DNA of 36,388 nt from a virus. The stretch lies in the UHGV virus genome UHGV-0085232; one strand, given 5' to 3'. A program made the position numbers and the translations under genes. Below the pieces are notes generated by a model that ran no database searches, had not been told where the DNA came from, and saw only the letters and a program-made list of their open reading frames with translations. Each line of letters opens with the position of its first letter. Positions within the stretch are counted from its first letter, which is position 1. Positions 1-9,600 of the stretch are shown here, piece by piece.

Positions 1-20
1 TAAATGCATTTAATTTTTGA
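1..20 (+). CDS. int: C-terminal end of the integrase (joins 35374..36388 across the circular junction)
   Basis: Last base C(36388) + TA AAT GCA TTT AAT TTT TGA gives ...ETTNKLNAFNF*, in frame with ATG 35374. Confidence 0.85.
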
Positions 21-21
21 C

Positions 22-44
22 CTGTTGTCAGAGCGTTGTCAAAC
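22..44 (+). repeat. Putative integrase arm-type sites, left arm of attP
   Basis: CTGTTGTCAGA (22-32) and CGTTGTCAAAC (34-44), same motif as the triple repeat at 207-239. Confidence 0.7.
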
Positions 45-78
45 GCTTTAAAACAGCTTAACCATGCGGATAAAATCA

Positions 79-103
79 GGTTCGATTCCCGTCACTAGCT
101 CCA
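79..103 (+). mobile_element. attP core = 3' end of a tRNA (T-arm, acceptor strand, CCA), most similar to tRNA-Thr
   Basis: GGTTCGATTCCCGTCACTAGCTCCA has the T-loop motif and CCA end but no tRNA 5' half; lies just downstream of int. Isoacceptor inferred from the acceptor stem only. Confidence 0.85.
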
Positions 104-112
104 AAGTTTAAG

Positions 113-153
113 ACCGCATAAATGCTTGAAAGTATAGTGTTTATGCGGTTTTT
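113..153 (+). terminator. Hairpin plus T-run after the att core (would terminate the restored host tRNA in the prophage)
   Basis: ACCGCATAAA...TTTATGCGGT inverted repeat followed by TTTT. Confidence 0.6.
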
Positions 154-165
154 CTTTACTTTTAA

Positions 166-205
166 ACATAACTGTATATAACTAAATATAACTCAATATA
201 ACATA
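166..205 (+). repeat. Four 10-bp-period direct repeats, candidate Xis/RDF binding sites
   Basis: acataactgt atataactaa atataactca atataacata, between the core and the arm sites. Confidence 0.6.
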
Positions 206-206
206 A

Positions 207-239
207 AACTGTTGTCAAACTGTTGTCAAACTGTTGTCA
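207..239 (+). repeat. Three perfect 11-bp tandem repeats, putative arm-type sites of the right arm
   Basis: AACTGTTGTCA x3 at 207, 218 and 229. Confidence 0.8.
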
Positions 240-260
240 AAATCGGAGCGCATATGATAC

Positions 261-301
261 AAAAAAATGAGGGAGCGTATTTAATTGTACACTCCCTTTT
301 T
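261..301. terminator. Probable bidirectional terminator after the endolysin
   Basis: GGGAGCGTA...TACACTCCC stem with an A-run before and a T-run after. Confidence 0.6.
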
Positions 302-303
302 AC

Positions 304-1131
304 TTATTCCGCCCGTCTGATATAGTCGCAGCACTTTCTCGCCAGCCAATAACTATTGGTGTCGTTTTTGAGTTTTTGCAGCCAATAATCCTTTTGCGTG
401 AGGATTCCTCTGTGTTCCAGCTCCCACACAATATCGTTTATGCTCTCAAGCTCGGGTGCGATTCTGCTCGGGATTTTGCCCATGCGCCGTATGTAGTTTA
501 CACATCCTTTTGCAAGGTAGTATGCATTTTCGTCCTCGTCCAGCTTTTTAAGCCAAAGCGCTTTATTGGTGAGAATCCCGCGGTATTCAAGTTCCCATAC
601 AATATCATTGACCGTTTTCAGATCCCTCGGAACTTCCGTCTTGACATCGTCGGGAATGAATCGTATTACACATATCAAGCCTTTGTTTTTTAGCTTTGCA
701 GTGCTTTTCTGGCTGTATCTCATACGGCAGTAATCGCGCATATTTTTGACAGTACCGCCGATACCCGAGCCATGCCCGAAACACTGACCGTTTCCGATAT
801 ACATCTCTACATGACCGACCCCTTCGGTACGTGCGTTATTCGTACCGCGAAAATACATCAGATCGCCTTTTTGCATTTTGGATTCGTCTGGTATACCGTT
901 TGTGATTGTGAGGGCTACACGCTTACCGAGCTTTGAATTTATCTGTGCCTCGGTATTCGTGCCGATATTCATATTAAATAATTTCTTGTACCAATACCAT
1001 GTTGTGCCGGAGCAATCGCCGTAACCTTTTTCAATTAAGGTTCTTTTGTTTACGTCCTGTGAATATTGGTTTTTCTGTTTTCTTGTGAGCGCCGAATTAA
1101 CCAGCTGATTTCTCTTTTCCTGTGCCGTCAT
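304..1131 (-). CDS. Endolysin, NlpC/P60-type peptidase with two C-terminal ~46-aa repeats
   Basis: GDCSG, GDLMYF and GHVEMYIGNG motifs; last gene of the lysis module. Confidence 0.85.
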   Translation of the reverse strand: MTAQEKRNQLVNSALTRKQKNQYSQDVNKRTLIEKGYGDCSGTTWYWYKKLFNMNIGTNTEAQINSKLGKRVALTITNGIPDESKMQKGDLMYFRGTNNARTEGVGHVEMYIGNGQCFGHGSGIGGTVKNMRDYCRMRYSQKSTAKLKNKGLICVIRFIPDDVKTEVPRDLKTVNDIVWELEYRGILTNKALWLKKLDEDENAYYLAKGCVNYIRRMGKIPSRIAPELESINDIVWELEHRGILTQKDYWLQKLKNDTNSYWLARKCCDYIRRAE

Positions 1132-1336
1132 TGTTTGATTCCTCCTTTTTGCCTATGGCTTTCCAGTCAATCAATCCTTCTGCCGCGAGGTAAGCTACAA
1201 CAGCGGTACAAATAGTAGTTGCACCTTCTGCTGTTTGACCATTTAAAATAAGTAATATGCCACCTGCGACTCCTGCCACAGATACCATAAACTTACGACT
1301 CGACAATTTCTTCAGAGCTTTCTTCAATATTTCCAT
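1097..1336 (-). CDS. Holin (2 TM)
   Basis: KKLSSRKF then hydrophobic helices and YLAAEGLID; SD AGGAG before ATG 1336; next to the endolysin. Confidence 0.7.
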   Translation of the reverse strand: MEILKKALKKLSSRKFMVSVAGVAGGILLILNGQTAEGATTICTAVVAYLAAEGLIDWKAIGKKEESNNDGTGKEKSAG

Positions 1337-1568
1337 CTTTTTTATCTCCTTTCGCAAATATACGTTTTAAACATAAAAATAACAGTTCACCGCCGAATAC
1401 CGCATGATTGGCGGCGATTAACCCCTGTGTGTCATACTTGTCCTTATCGGCAATACACATTCCCCAGATCTGCATGAGTATTACCTCGGTTATGCAGATA
1501 CAGACAATTACCTTGCTGAATAAGCCTTTATTTTTCCGTTTCTTTTTCTTCTTTTTAGGCATCGTCAA
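1293..1568 (-). CDS. Membrane protein of the lysis module
   Basis: Basic N-terminus and two hydrophobic segments; overlaps its neighbours. Confidence 0.6.
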   Translation of the reverse strand: MTMPKKKKKKRKNKGLFSKVIVCICITEVILMQIWGMCIADKDKYDTQGLIAANHAVFGGELLFLCLKRIFAKGDKKDGNIEESSEEIVES

Positions 1569-1899
1569 TCACCCTTTCGGTTGGCATAGCCAATACCTTG
1601 TTATACAGTCCTGTCGCAATATCATTTCCATGCAAGAGATGATACGCAGAATACACACGTTCTATATTTTCCTTTTCATATATCGGACAGTACCCTCTGT
1701 CAAGGGAACGGTTATATGTATTTACAATGCTGTTTCTAAGCAGAGCTTGTACACCCTCGCAAAGAGCGTCATTCTTTATCTCCTGCTCTTTTTGTCTTTT
1801 GGCGAGTATTTTATACCCCCAACCGCAAAAGGCGGCAATAGCCATGAAAAACCACTCTACCCAATGCTCGGTGATATGTGTTAATACTTGTTGGAACAT
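1555..1899 (-). CDS. Holin-like protein (one N-terminal TM)
   Basis: TM segment then LLRxxI...Y..YH.L.GN pattern common before Firmicutes phage lysins. Confidence 0.6.
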   Translation of the reverse strand: MFQQVLTHITEHWVEWFFMAIAAFCGWGYKILAKRQKEQEIKNDALCEGVQALLRNSIVNTYNRSLDRGYCPIYEKENIERVYSAYHLLHGNDIATGLYNKVLAMPTERVIDDA

Positions 1900-2162
1900 T
1901 ATTCTTCCTCCTGTACACCCGGGTCAACATCTTCATACTCATGCACGGTATACACTGCCGTTATACAGTCCTCACCGTCAAGATACTTGCAGGTCAGATA
2001 TTGATTCTCGCCAACCTCTGGCGGATTGTCCGAGAGCGGCTTATATCCTGCCAGCCTGAGTGTTGCCTCGTCGGGGTTTGCGTGTATTGTGTTGTCGTAG
2101 ATAATAAACCCGTTTTTGTATTTTTTGATTGTGTTCTCATCAATAAATTTGTAAAATTCCAT
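1899..2162 (-). CDS. Hypothetical tail-associated protein (87 aa)
   Basis: SD GAGGAGG; TAATG coupling to the next gene. Confidence 0.65.
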   Translation of the reverse strand: MEFYKFIDENTIKKYKNGFIIYDNTIHANPDEATLRLAGYKPLSDNPPEVGENQYLTCKYLDGEDCITAVYTVHEYEDVDPGVQEEE

Positions 2163-2165
2163 TGT

Positions 2166-2963
2166 TTATTCCTCCTCATTCGTATAATACGTGATTTCTG
2201 CGCTTGCGGGCGCGTTTTCGGTGTTACATTCCAATATGGTCGTGCCTTTATATGTCGGTATCTTCGGCAAGCTTACGCTCGTTTTGGTGTCGTCTGCGTG
2301 TATGATTGCCTGTGCGGTGTAGGATATGTAATCTTCTGCCGTCAGCGGTGCAGGTAAACTGATTGTAGTTGTAACCGGTGCATGATACGGCTCATATTCG
2401 GTAGCTGCGGCAGCCTCTTCAATTTGGACATTGGATATTATAACATCCTGAGTTACACCGGGATCGGCGTCATTCGTAGCCTTGTAAAAATAAATTTTGC
2501 CGGCAATATCCTTTTCGGTAGGTGTATATGCCTGCCCCCAGCGCCACACTTTTGCAGAACCGTTCAGGTAGACGAAATTACCGCTTGACGATGTGGTGTC
2601 GGCGGTTATTACATATGTTTTACCCGCCTCCATGTTTGTGACGTCAGCAACCTTACCTTGATTATGTCCTCCGCGCGGTCGGGAGGCAGAAAAGTACATA
2701 CCGCCATGCTCCGATTTGTAATCGATACATTTTGTAATATCAAACACATTCTTACCGCGTGTCACAATCGGGATATTGTATTTGCCGTCCGACAGGTCAC
2801 CGACACCGTCCGTATTCCCGTATATCTTATACCCGACTGTGCAGTCATTATCCACACACCCGGGCAGAGTGACGGGGAACGTCCCCGTCTTGGTTGCCTT
2901 TATGCCCTTGATTTGGTTTACGATTGCCATAAATGCACGCTTTTTCATCAATAAGTGGTTCAT
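2166..2963 (-). CDS. Tail fibre or receptor-binding-associated protein
   Basis: GKNVFD...NVQIEE..ATEYEPY framing a beta-rich insert, as in Firmicutes siphophage tail modules; position. Confidence 0.6.
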   Translation of the reverse strand: MNHLLMKKRAFMAIVNQIKGIKATKTGTFPVTLPGCVDNDCTVGYKIYGNTDGVGDLSDGKYNIPIVTRGKNVFDITKCIDYKSEHGGMYFSASRPRGGHNQGKVADVTNMEAGKTYVITADTTSSSGNFVYLNGSAKVWRWGQAYTPTEKDIAGKIYFYKATNDADPGVTQDVIISNVQIEEAAAATEYEPYHAPVTTTISLPAPLTAEDYISYTAQAIIHADDTKTSVSLPKIPTYKGTTILECNTENAPASAEITYYTNEEE

Positions 2964-3688
2964 GCGTTCGCCTCCTGATTACTCGTTGCCACCTTGTAGC
3001 CGTTAACCAAGCCTACAATATAATTGCCGCCGTTATAGTAGAATACTATATCATAGTGCATGTTGGCAGAGGGCTTGAAAATAGACTTGTTATCGTCCGA
3101 GATAAAGCAGTCTGTCCCGATCCATTGGATAATACCTGTCGAGGTATAGCTTACATGAGTAGGTGTTGGACCGCTGTTAAATACCAATCCTTCGATGTAG
3201 TCTTTATCGTACTCGCCGTTTGGAAAATCTATAGCCAGTGTTGTAATGGCTTCCGCTATAAGCCTGTACTCTGTATTATTTTCGCCAACAGTAAATGGGA
3301 AAGCCTCTGGTGGATGTTCTTCAATTGTTGTTTTTTCTTGCGCATAATCAACTACGGCTTTTACAGTGGGATAGCAAAAGGTTTTAGCATCTTCACCTAT
3401 ATCCATTGTGGAAACTTTATATATCGCCAGTTCATATCTATTATCCATTTCAGATGCTGACAATAAATTCCCAAGCTTTTGTTTATCCTCGATCGTATAA
3501 TCATTGCTCGATAAGCCTTTTCCCTCGACTTTATCAACCTTATCCGCCAAAGCCGCCGTAACGGCTTTATTCTGCACCGGATTTTCGCTTGTTGCCGACA
3601 GTTCACTGTCTACAGTGATTTTCTTTCCGCCGCTCGATACATTGATATTCGGCGTATTATTTTTTACGCTTATTTTAATCTCTGCCAT
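2960..3688 (-). CDS. Tail fibre-like structural protein
   Basis: DSELSATSENPVQNK and KVDKVEGKGLSSNDYT fibre motifs; start ATG 3688 coupled to the upstream TAA. Confidence 0.7.
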   Translation of the reverse strand: MAEIKISVKNNTPNINVSSGGKKITVDSELSATSENPVQNKAVTAALADKVDKVEGKGLSSNDYTIEDKQKLGNLLSASEMDNRYELAIYKVSTMDIGEDAKTFCYPTVKAVVDYAQEKTTIEEHPPEAFPFTVGENNTEYRLIAEAITTLAIDFPNGEYDKDYIEGLVFNSGPTPTHVSYTSTGIIQWIGTDCFISDDNKSIFKPSANMHYDIVFYYNGGNYIVGLVNGYKVATSNQEANA

Positions 3689-3999
3689 TAATATGCACCC
3701 CATTTCACACGGAACTCGCCCGATATTACCGTTGTAACGGTGCCGTCAGGCTCTTGTATTTTTATTTTGTAGATATAATCGCCCTCGCTTAGCTTTTGCC
3801 TGTCGCTTTCGGAAAGAGTAATCTCAATCACTCCGCCCGATGCCGCAAAACGCTTATCGATGACGTCCTCCGCCGTTTCGTCCGATTTTATAATAATTTC
3901 CGCATTTGTGCCGCTGTCAAAATCACTGTCAGACGAAATAGTCAGTTGAAAACTGTCATTAACCGAGTAGCTTATATCTGTACCGCTTATTATTAACAT
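3688..3999 (-). CDS. BppU-like upper baseplate protein
   Basis: All-beta ~103 aa ending YIYKIKI...G.F.V; SD GGAGG before ATG 3999. Confidence 0.55.
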   Translation of the reverse strand: MLIISGTDISYSVNDSFQLTISSDSDFDSGTNAEIIIKSDETAEDVIDKRFAASGGVIEITLSESDRQKLSEGDYIYKIKIQEPDGTVTTVISGEFRVKWGAY

Positions 4000-4015
4000 A
4001 GCTTTTCCTCCTTTT

Positions 4016-4780
4016 TTAAACAAACTGCAAGAGGTTGGTTCTCTCAAAAGTAGAATAATATAGACTTCTAAATTCAAATCCTGTTGCCGTACGGCGCATT
4101 CCTAAACCTCCGTCCGTCTGGTCTGACAGGTCAAGGGTTATCCAGTCACTGTCGGGTATATCATGTAAGTAGAGCCTTCCATAATGGTTATAATTATAGA
4201 TTCTTTTAAAATTAAAATTTTCGGGTATTTCGGGGTAGTCTGTCAGTGTGATTGTACCTGTTGTGCCTGTGTGAGGTATGTCGTTTACCCTAATATCCAA
4301 AAATACATTTTCTGTCGATTGTTCATAGCCTGCCGATTTAGACCTTGCCATAGTACGCAAATCGGTAATTGTCGTACCGTCCGAGCTGACCTGTGCCAGT
4401 TTCATATACTCAACTCCCGTTTCGGTCGGTATCTCCGCAACGCTCACAAGACTGCACGTACCGTTTGCGCTGTCGTATTTTGCCGCCACATATGCATTTG
4501 CAACAGCTGTTATGCTGACAGGTGATGTTATACGCAGTTTGGCACCGTCCGAAAACACTATAATTCCCTTTGCGATATTCACATTGCCGTTTGTCAGTGT
4601 CGGCTTGCACTTGTCAAGTGTACGCAGTACTCCCGATGTCACCAAATCGGCGGTTATGGCATTTAATGCGTCCACGCCGAATTTATTACTGCTAAATGCG
4701 CTGAACTCGGCATCGCCCAAATCAACAGCGATATTGTTTAAATCGCTTTGTGTAACCGGTTCATTAACTAAAAAAGCCAT
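4016..4780 (-). CDS. Baseplate or tail structural protein
   Basis: Follows the Gp37-like gene; LAQV...ITDLR motif. Confidence 0.6.
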   Translation of the reverse strand: MAFLVNEPVTQSDLNNIAVDLGDAEFSAFSSNKFGVDALNAITADLVTSGVLRTLDKCKPTLTNGNVNIAKGIIVFSDGAKLRITSPVSITAVANAYVAAKYDSANGTCSLVSVAEIPTETGVEYMKLAQVSSDGTTITDLRTMARSKSAGYEQSTENVFLDIRVNDIPHTGTTGTITLTDYPEIPENFNFKRIYNYNHYGRLYLHDIPDSDWITLDLSDQTDGGLGMRRTATGFEFRSLYYSTFERTNLLQFV

Positions 4781-4783
4781 TTA

Positions 4784-5752
4784 TCATTCCTCCTCATATT
4801 TTGTAACGGTCGGTTCTTCGCCGTAGCCGTTTTCTTCCCACATTTTCACACTGTTAATAACCATTTTAAACGTTTTACCGCGGTCCTGCAGACGTACTAT
4901 GTCGCCGATTTTGTAGTCTGTGCCGTAGTCAAGGTTTTTGGTTGTCAGCGTTATTTCATATTTCTGCCGCAGCTTTGCAAACTCTTTTTTTGCCTCCGTC
5001 AGTGTTGTTGCGCTTAAAACGGTATCGCGGTAGGTAACGGTTGCATCAAAATTATACTTAGGCAGGTGATCCCAATGGTTCTCATTTTCGGAATCACAAA
5101 ACCAGCCGCCGTCTATCTTATTTTTGTTATTGCACGTAATACTAAGGCTTGACACATTCAGATTGTTTTTCGATAATACAAGGTCGTTTTCGGCATGCTT
5201 AAAATAATGCATATTGTATTTTTGTGATTTAAAATCTGCAACTACATTATAGCCGCCTTTTATCAGATCAAGTGCGGTTTTGACATACTCATCACCTGCA
5301 AGGCGTTTATCAAAATTATACTTGATTTTGTCGGTAATATCAGCATTATTCTTAACTGTAAGCCAACGTATAATGTTATCTGTTGCTGACGGATGATTTA
5401 AAATCAACCCTATATTCAGCACTGACCACATAGAACTATTGCCGGTATATTCTTCTGTTCGTGTCGTTATCCTCCGCACAATCCCGTTTAAATGCTCACC
5501 GACTGCTCTGTATTCGTCATCATCTCGCAGGAAGCTTGTCAGAATCCCTTGAAATTTGCGCCATATAACGAGTATGCCGTTGTCGATGTTATCCTCTAAT
5601 ATATCTCCCGTCTCGCTGTCAAAAAATATGATGTCCAAACTTCCCGTACCGCAATAATCCTGCTGTGCGATTATGGATTTATACCGAGTTGACGGCAATA
5701 TCCGCAGGAGGTTAAAATTTAAATCGTAAAAATATATATCTCCGTCCGTCAT
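4784..5752 (-). CDS. Tail tip protein, siphovirus ReqiPepy6 Gp37-like
   Basis: N-terminal IYFYDLNFNLL and C-terminal YGTDYKIGDIV; follows Dit. Confidence 0.7.
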   Translation of the reverse strand: MTDGDIYFYDLNFNLLRILPSTRYKSIIAQQDYCGTGSLDIIFFDSETGDILEDNIDNGILVIWRKFQGILTSFLRDDDEYRAVGEHLNGIVRRITTRTEEYTGNSSMWSVLNIGLILNHPSATDNIIRWLTVKNNADITDKIKYNFDKRLAGDEYVKTALDLIKGGYNVVADFKSQKYNMHYFKHAENDLVLSKNNLNVSSLSITCNNKNKIDGGWFCDSENENHWDHLPKYNFDATVTYRDTVLSATTLTEAKKEFAKLRQKYEITLTTKNLDYGTDYKIGDIVRLQDRGKTFKMVINSVKMWEENGYGEEPTVTKYEEE

Positions 5753-6633
5753 ATCATCACCGCCCCGTAGTTATTATCGACATAGCACACACTTGCAAGT
5801 TCATACTCGGTATTTCCTGCCGTTGCCGTTATCTCAATTTCGTTATCGCCGAAATCAAGATACATCTCGCTTAAAAATGTATCATCGGTTATCTTGCCTG
5901 TAATGTTGCCGTTGACATCGCTTGTAATCTTGCGGTCTGCTGCGTCAAACGTGATTTTTTCGCCTTGTGCGGGGTTATAGCTTATCGTCATGCTTTTGCC
6001 TGTCGTGACGTTTTTTACAACCACACTGCACGATATCCCGCTTGTGGTATTCTGCACCGAGTTATTAACCACCTCGATTGTAGGATATACAACCGTATCA
6101 CCCTCATTTTTTACTATCGTGGTAGTTTCTTTTACCGTTGCAATACTGCCGACATCTAAATCTATCGCCTGTTTTCCGTCAAGTACGGCATTCGGGAACA
6201 TATCTGTACGCTTGGCAACGGGATAACGTTTCGGTGAGAGGGAGTGAAAATACGGATCCGCACAGTAAAACTGCAGTACAATCTTTTGCAGACGGTGATA
6301 TATAATGCTCTCAATCTCGGTTTGGTTAATGCATATAGCCGATATTTTGCGCCGTATACTGCCGATGAAAAAGCGCATTTCCAAAGGCTGTGCCAATATT
6401 CGGTAGAGCTTATATACATCGTCCTCAACGCCGTAAAAATCAAACGACATGGTGATTGTACGCGATTTGTCGCGCATATGCTTTATGTAATCTCCTGCAC
6501 CGCCCTCGAAAGCCTCTGTTTCAAGATCCTTTTCCGGGGGAGATAATCCCTCAATCTCCAGTAAGCGCGCGGTGGGGTGATTGCCCCCACCGATTTCAAA
6601 CGTGCCGCGCTTATTTGTCAATACCAATCTCAC
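5749..6633 (-). CDS. Distal tail protein (Dit)
   Basis: FYCADPYF, NEGDTVVYP and LDFGDNEI motifs; directly after the tape measure gene. Confidence 0.8.
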   Translation of the reverse strand: MRLVLTNKRGTFEIGGGNHPTARLLEIEGLSPPEKDLETEAFEGGAGDYIKHMRDKSRTITMSFDFYGVEDDVYKLYRILAQPLEMRFFIGSIRRKISAICINQTEIESIIYHRLQKIVLQFYCADPYFHSLSPKRYPVAKRTDMFPNAVLDGKQAIDLDVGSIATVKETTTIVKNEGDTVVYPTIEVVNNSVQNTTSGISCSVVVKNVTTGKSMTISYNPAQGEKITFDAADRKITSDVNGNITGKITDDTFLSEMYLDFGDNEIEITATAGNTEYELASVCYVDNNYGAVMI

Positions 6634-6645
6634 ATTTTATCCCTC

Positions 6646-9600
6646 CTAATTCATATCCCTGTAGTCCTGTTCGCGCTGGATCGCGTCCATCTGTCCTTTT
6701 GCGCTCTCATCTTTGGCAGTTATGTTGTAGTTGTTATTCGTCACAACCGTAACATCACCGCTTGTCGGTTTCCCGTCAGCAACAAAGCTTGGCAGATATT
6801 TCACCAATGCCGAGGCAACACTGCTGTTCATCTTTTCTTTGATAGTCTTTAACTGCTCTTCAAATCCTTCGCCGAAACGCTTAACACTGGTCTTGCCGAG
6901 CTCAAAAAAGGTGTCGGGTACTTCAAATCCCGCGTCCTTTAACTGCTGTGCGATTTCGGCAGCGGTGTCTTTGGCTGTCTGCACGGCATCGTCGGCATAC
7001 ATATCTTCCGAGCCTTTATTTGCAAGATCGAAATAACTTTTATAGTCCTCGATGTACTTCTTCAGCTCGTCATCGTCCATGTTTTGAAGAACCTGCATAA
7101 ACTGCATACCCTCATCACGTGACATATTTCGTATGTCGTCCAACAGCTCGGTCGGCATATCAACGCGGTTTTTCAGATTGTTAAAGGTATCAAAATAATT
7201 TTGTAGTTTTTGTTTTTCGAAGCTCCAGTTTGTTGCAACATTAAGTTTGACAGCTTCACCGCCGATTTTTAAACCCGGCTCATATGTCTGATACAGAGAA
7301 ACGGAATCGTATAGCTTATCACGCATGGATTTTTGTTTGTCCAAAACAGCATCAAGCTTTTCTGAAATTACACTTGAAAAATCAAGATTTTCGATTACGG
7401 TTTTATTAAAATCTTCCCATTCATCAGTGCCTTTTTCAAACCAGCGGTCGCGGTAACGTGTCATAGAATCATAATATTCTTTTGCACTGATAAGCCCTTT
7501 GGAATACAGCCATTCGATCCGATCTTGTTCTTTTTGGCGTGCTTTGTCACGCTCTTCTATTTCGTGATCGTAGTACGCACTTATTTTGGAACGGTATTCT
7601 TCACGATCGCGGTCACGGTTGGGATCGTAGTACATTTCGGTGAGCCGTTTATATTCCTCCCAATATTGTGATTCGGTGATATATCCCATCTTGCGCCAAA
7701 ACTCAATATTGTTAAAGCTTTTTTCGCGCTGATCCAGATAATTCTGTTCTTCCAAGTCGCGGCGTGCTTTTTCAATTTCACGCTGCTTATCCTTATCGCC
7801 TTTGTAGTATTTGTTATAGATAGCTTCTTTGCCGTTTATATACTGCTCGTCGGAGATAAGTTCCATGTCATGCTGATGTTGGAGAGCGTTTAATTCCTCT
7901 TCAATCTGCTTTTTGCGCCGATCCTCCGCTTCTTTTTGAGCCTTTTCGGCGGCTTGCTGTGCCGCTTTGGCATTATCCTCGGCTGTTTTTTTTGCCTCAT
8001 TTGCAACGGTCTGATTATTGTTTACAATGGTTTTTGTTGCGTCCCACCATTGCTGTGTATACTTCTTGACATAGTTGTCACGCCAATAGGTGACACTCTT
8101 CGTATAATCCTCCAAACTTATAGCGCCTAAGGAGAGGCTTAAGTCCATCTCTTTTTTCATCTTTTCGACGTCGGCGGATAGCTTGTAATTTGAATCTACT
8201 ATCTGTATATCAAGCGTGCCGGCAGATGTTAAGCCTATTCCGAGAGCTTGCCCTGCGGCTGCGGAGAGTGCTGCAATTGCGGTTGACGCCAATCCGCCCG
8301 CAGCGGACGCGACAGCCGATTCACCCGAGGATATACCGGCGGCAAAATTTGACGCAAGTTGTGAGCCTATTCCCATAGCCTCACTTGCTGCACTGCTCAG
8401 TTGATTTGTGCTGTCGTATGCCATATCGCCTGATACAGATACCGCCTCGGATTGACTGCCATTTATGCCGTCGGTAAACCCGTCAACAAAATCTTGCCCC
8501 GATTTTTCCGTTTCGCCGTCAAAGCTGTCGTTAAAACCGTCTATGGCATTTTCACCAAGCTTTTCACCTGCTTTTTTGATCTTGCCCTGACCTGAAAGGA
8601 GTGCATCTTCTAAGCCACCTGAGACATCACCGAACCGCAAGTCGATTGATATTGACGACATCGCGGTATTGCCGGAATAATTGTTCAGACCGCCTGCAAA
8701 GCCCGGTATCTTTACATTGGCACTGTTTAGCATTCGTTTGCTTTGTGCCGCCGTGTATACGGTATCGCCCTGATTCAGGTAAGTAAGAGCAGATGTGCCG
8801 CTGTCAACATATCTGAATGAGCCGTCTTTGGATTTTATCAGCTCGCGCCCTTTTTCGTTTACCACTGCCAAACCGCGCGGCGCGTTTTTTACGCCTGTGG
8901 CATAGCCTTTTTTCGCATTGCCTGTTGTAACAGTATTTACCGTTACAGTTATTGTTTTATTGCTTGGTAAATTACTTAAACTGGTGGCGAGATTATCGGT
9001 TTTACCTTTTGCATTTAATACTGCAAGCTTTAAATCATTGATACGTTGCTTGACATTTTCGACCGTTAAAGATTCTGTGTCGATGTCAGGAAAGGCTTTT
9101 GCAAGATTTTTAATACTTTCTTTTGTTAAACTGCCCTGTTTTTCCAAATCATCCTGTGCATTATTAAGGATTTTAAACTTTTCGCCGACATTTTCAAGCA
9201 TACTTCCTATAGGGGTTGCAAAGGTTGTAAGCTGCCCGATTAAATTATTGCCGTATTTGTCAGCTGCCTCAAGACCGGAATCGCCGATTACATCCTCATA
9301 TGCTTTGAGTTTATCGACGAACGGCTCTAATGATACATCAGCGCCGTACATAACCCCGTCAAAACCTGTAATATAACCGCCTGCATTTACTCCGCCCGCG
9401 TCCTCGTATTCCGATTTTTTATCAAGCGCAGTCTGTATAGCGTTGTCCAAAGCGGTTTTTGTGGATTCACTCGGCTTGTTCTGGAAATTTTGTAAGGCAA
9501 TCTCTACGCCTGTTAAGGCGTCTGTATACGCATAACCCAACTGCCCCAAAGCTTCTTTTGAGCCTTCGACGAACTTCTGCGCTGAGATATTCGGATCACT

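Noticed and set aside
79..103. Complete tRNA gene
   Set aside because: Only the T-arm and acceptor 3' strand are present; upstream sequence cannot form the D or anticodon arms.
166..262. Mini-CRISPR or guide RNA aimed at the early promoter
   Set aside because: Repeats are 10-11 bp and directly tandem with no spacers, and no cas or tnpB gene is present; att-arm sites explain them.
2848..2856. Second TTATCCACA DnaA box
   Set aside because: Isolated and inside a tail gene; compatible with chance.
2166..4780. Diversity-generating retroelement or invertible tail-fibre system
   Set aside because: No reverse transcriptase or invertase gene, and no template/variable repeat pair seen by eye.
7420..8140. 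Repeated G/E-x-I-S/T-x-x-x-Y motifs in the tape measure C-terminus
   Set aside because: Degenerate helical repeats are normal in tape measure proteins.
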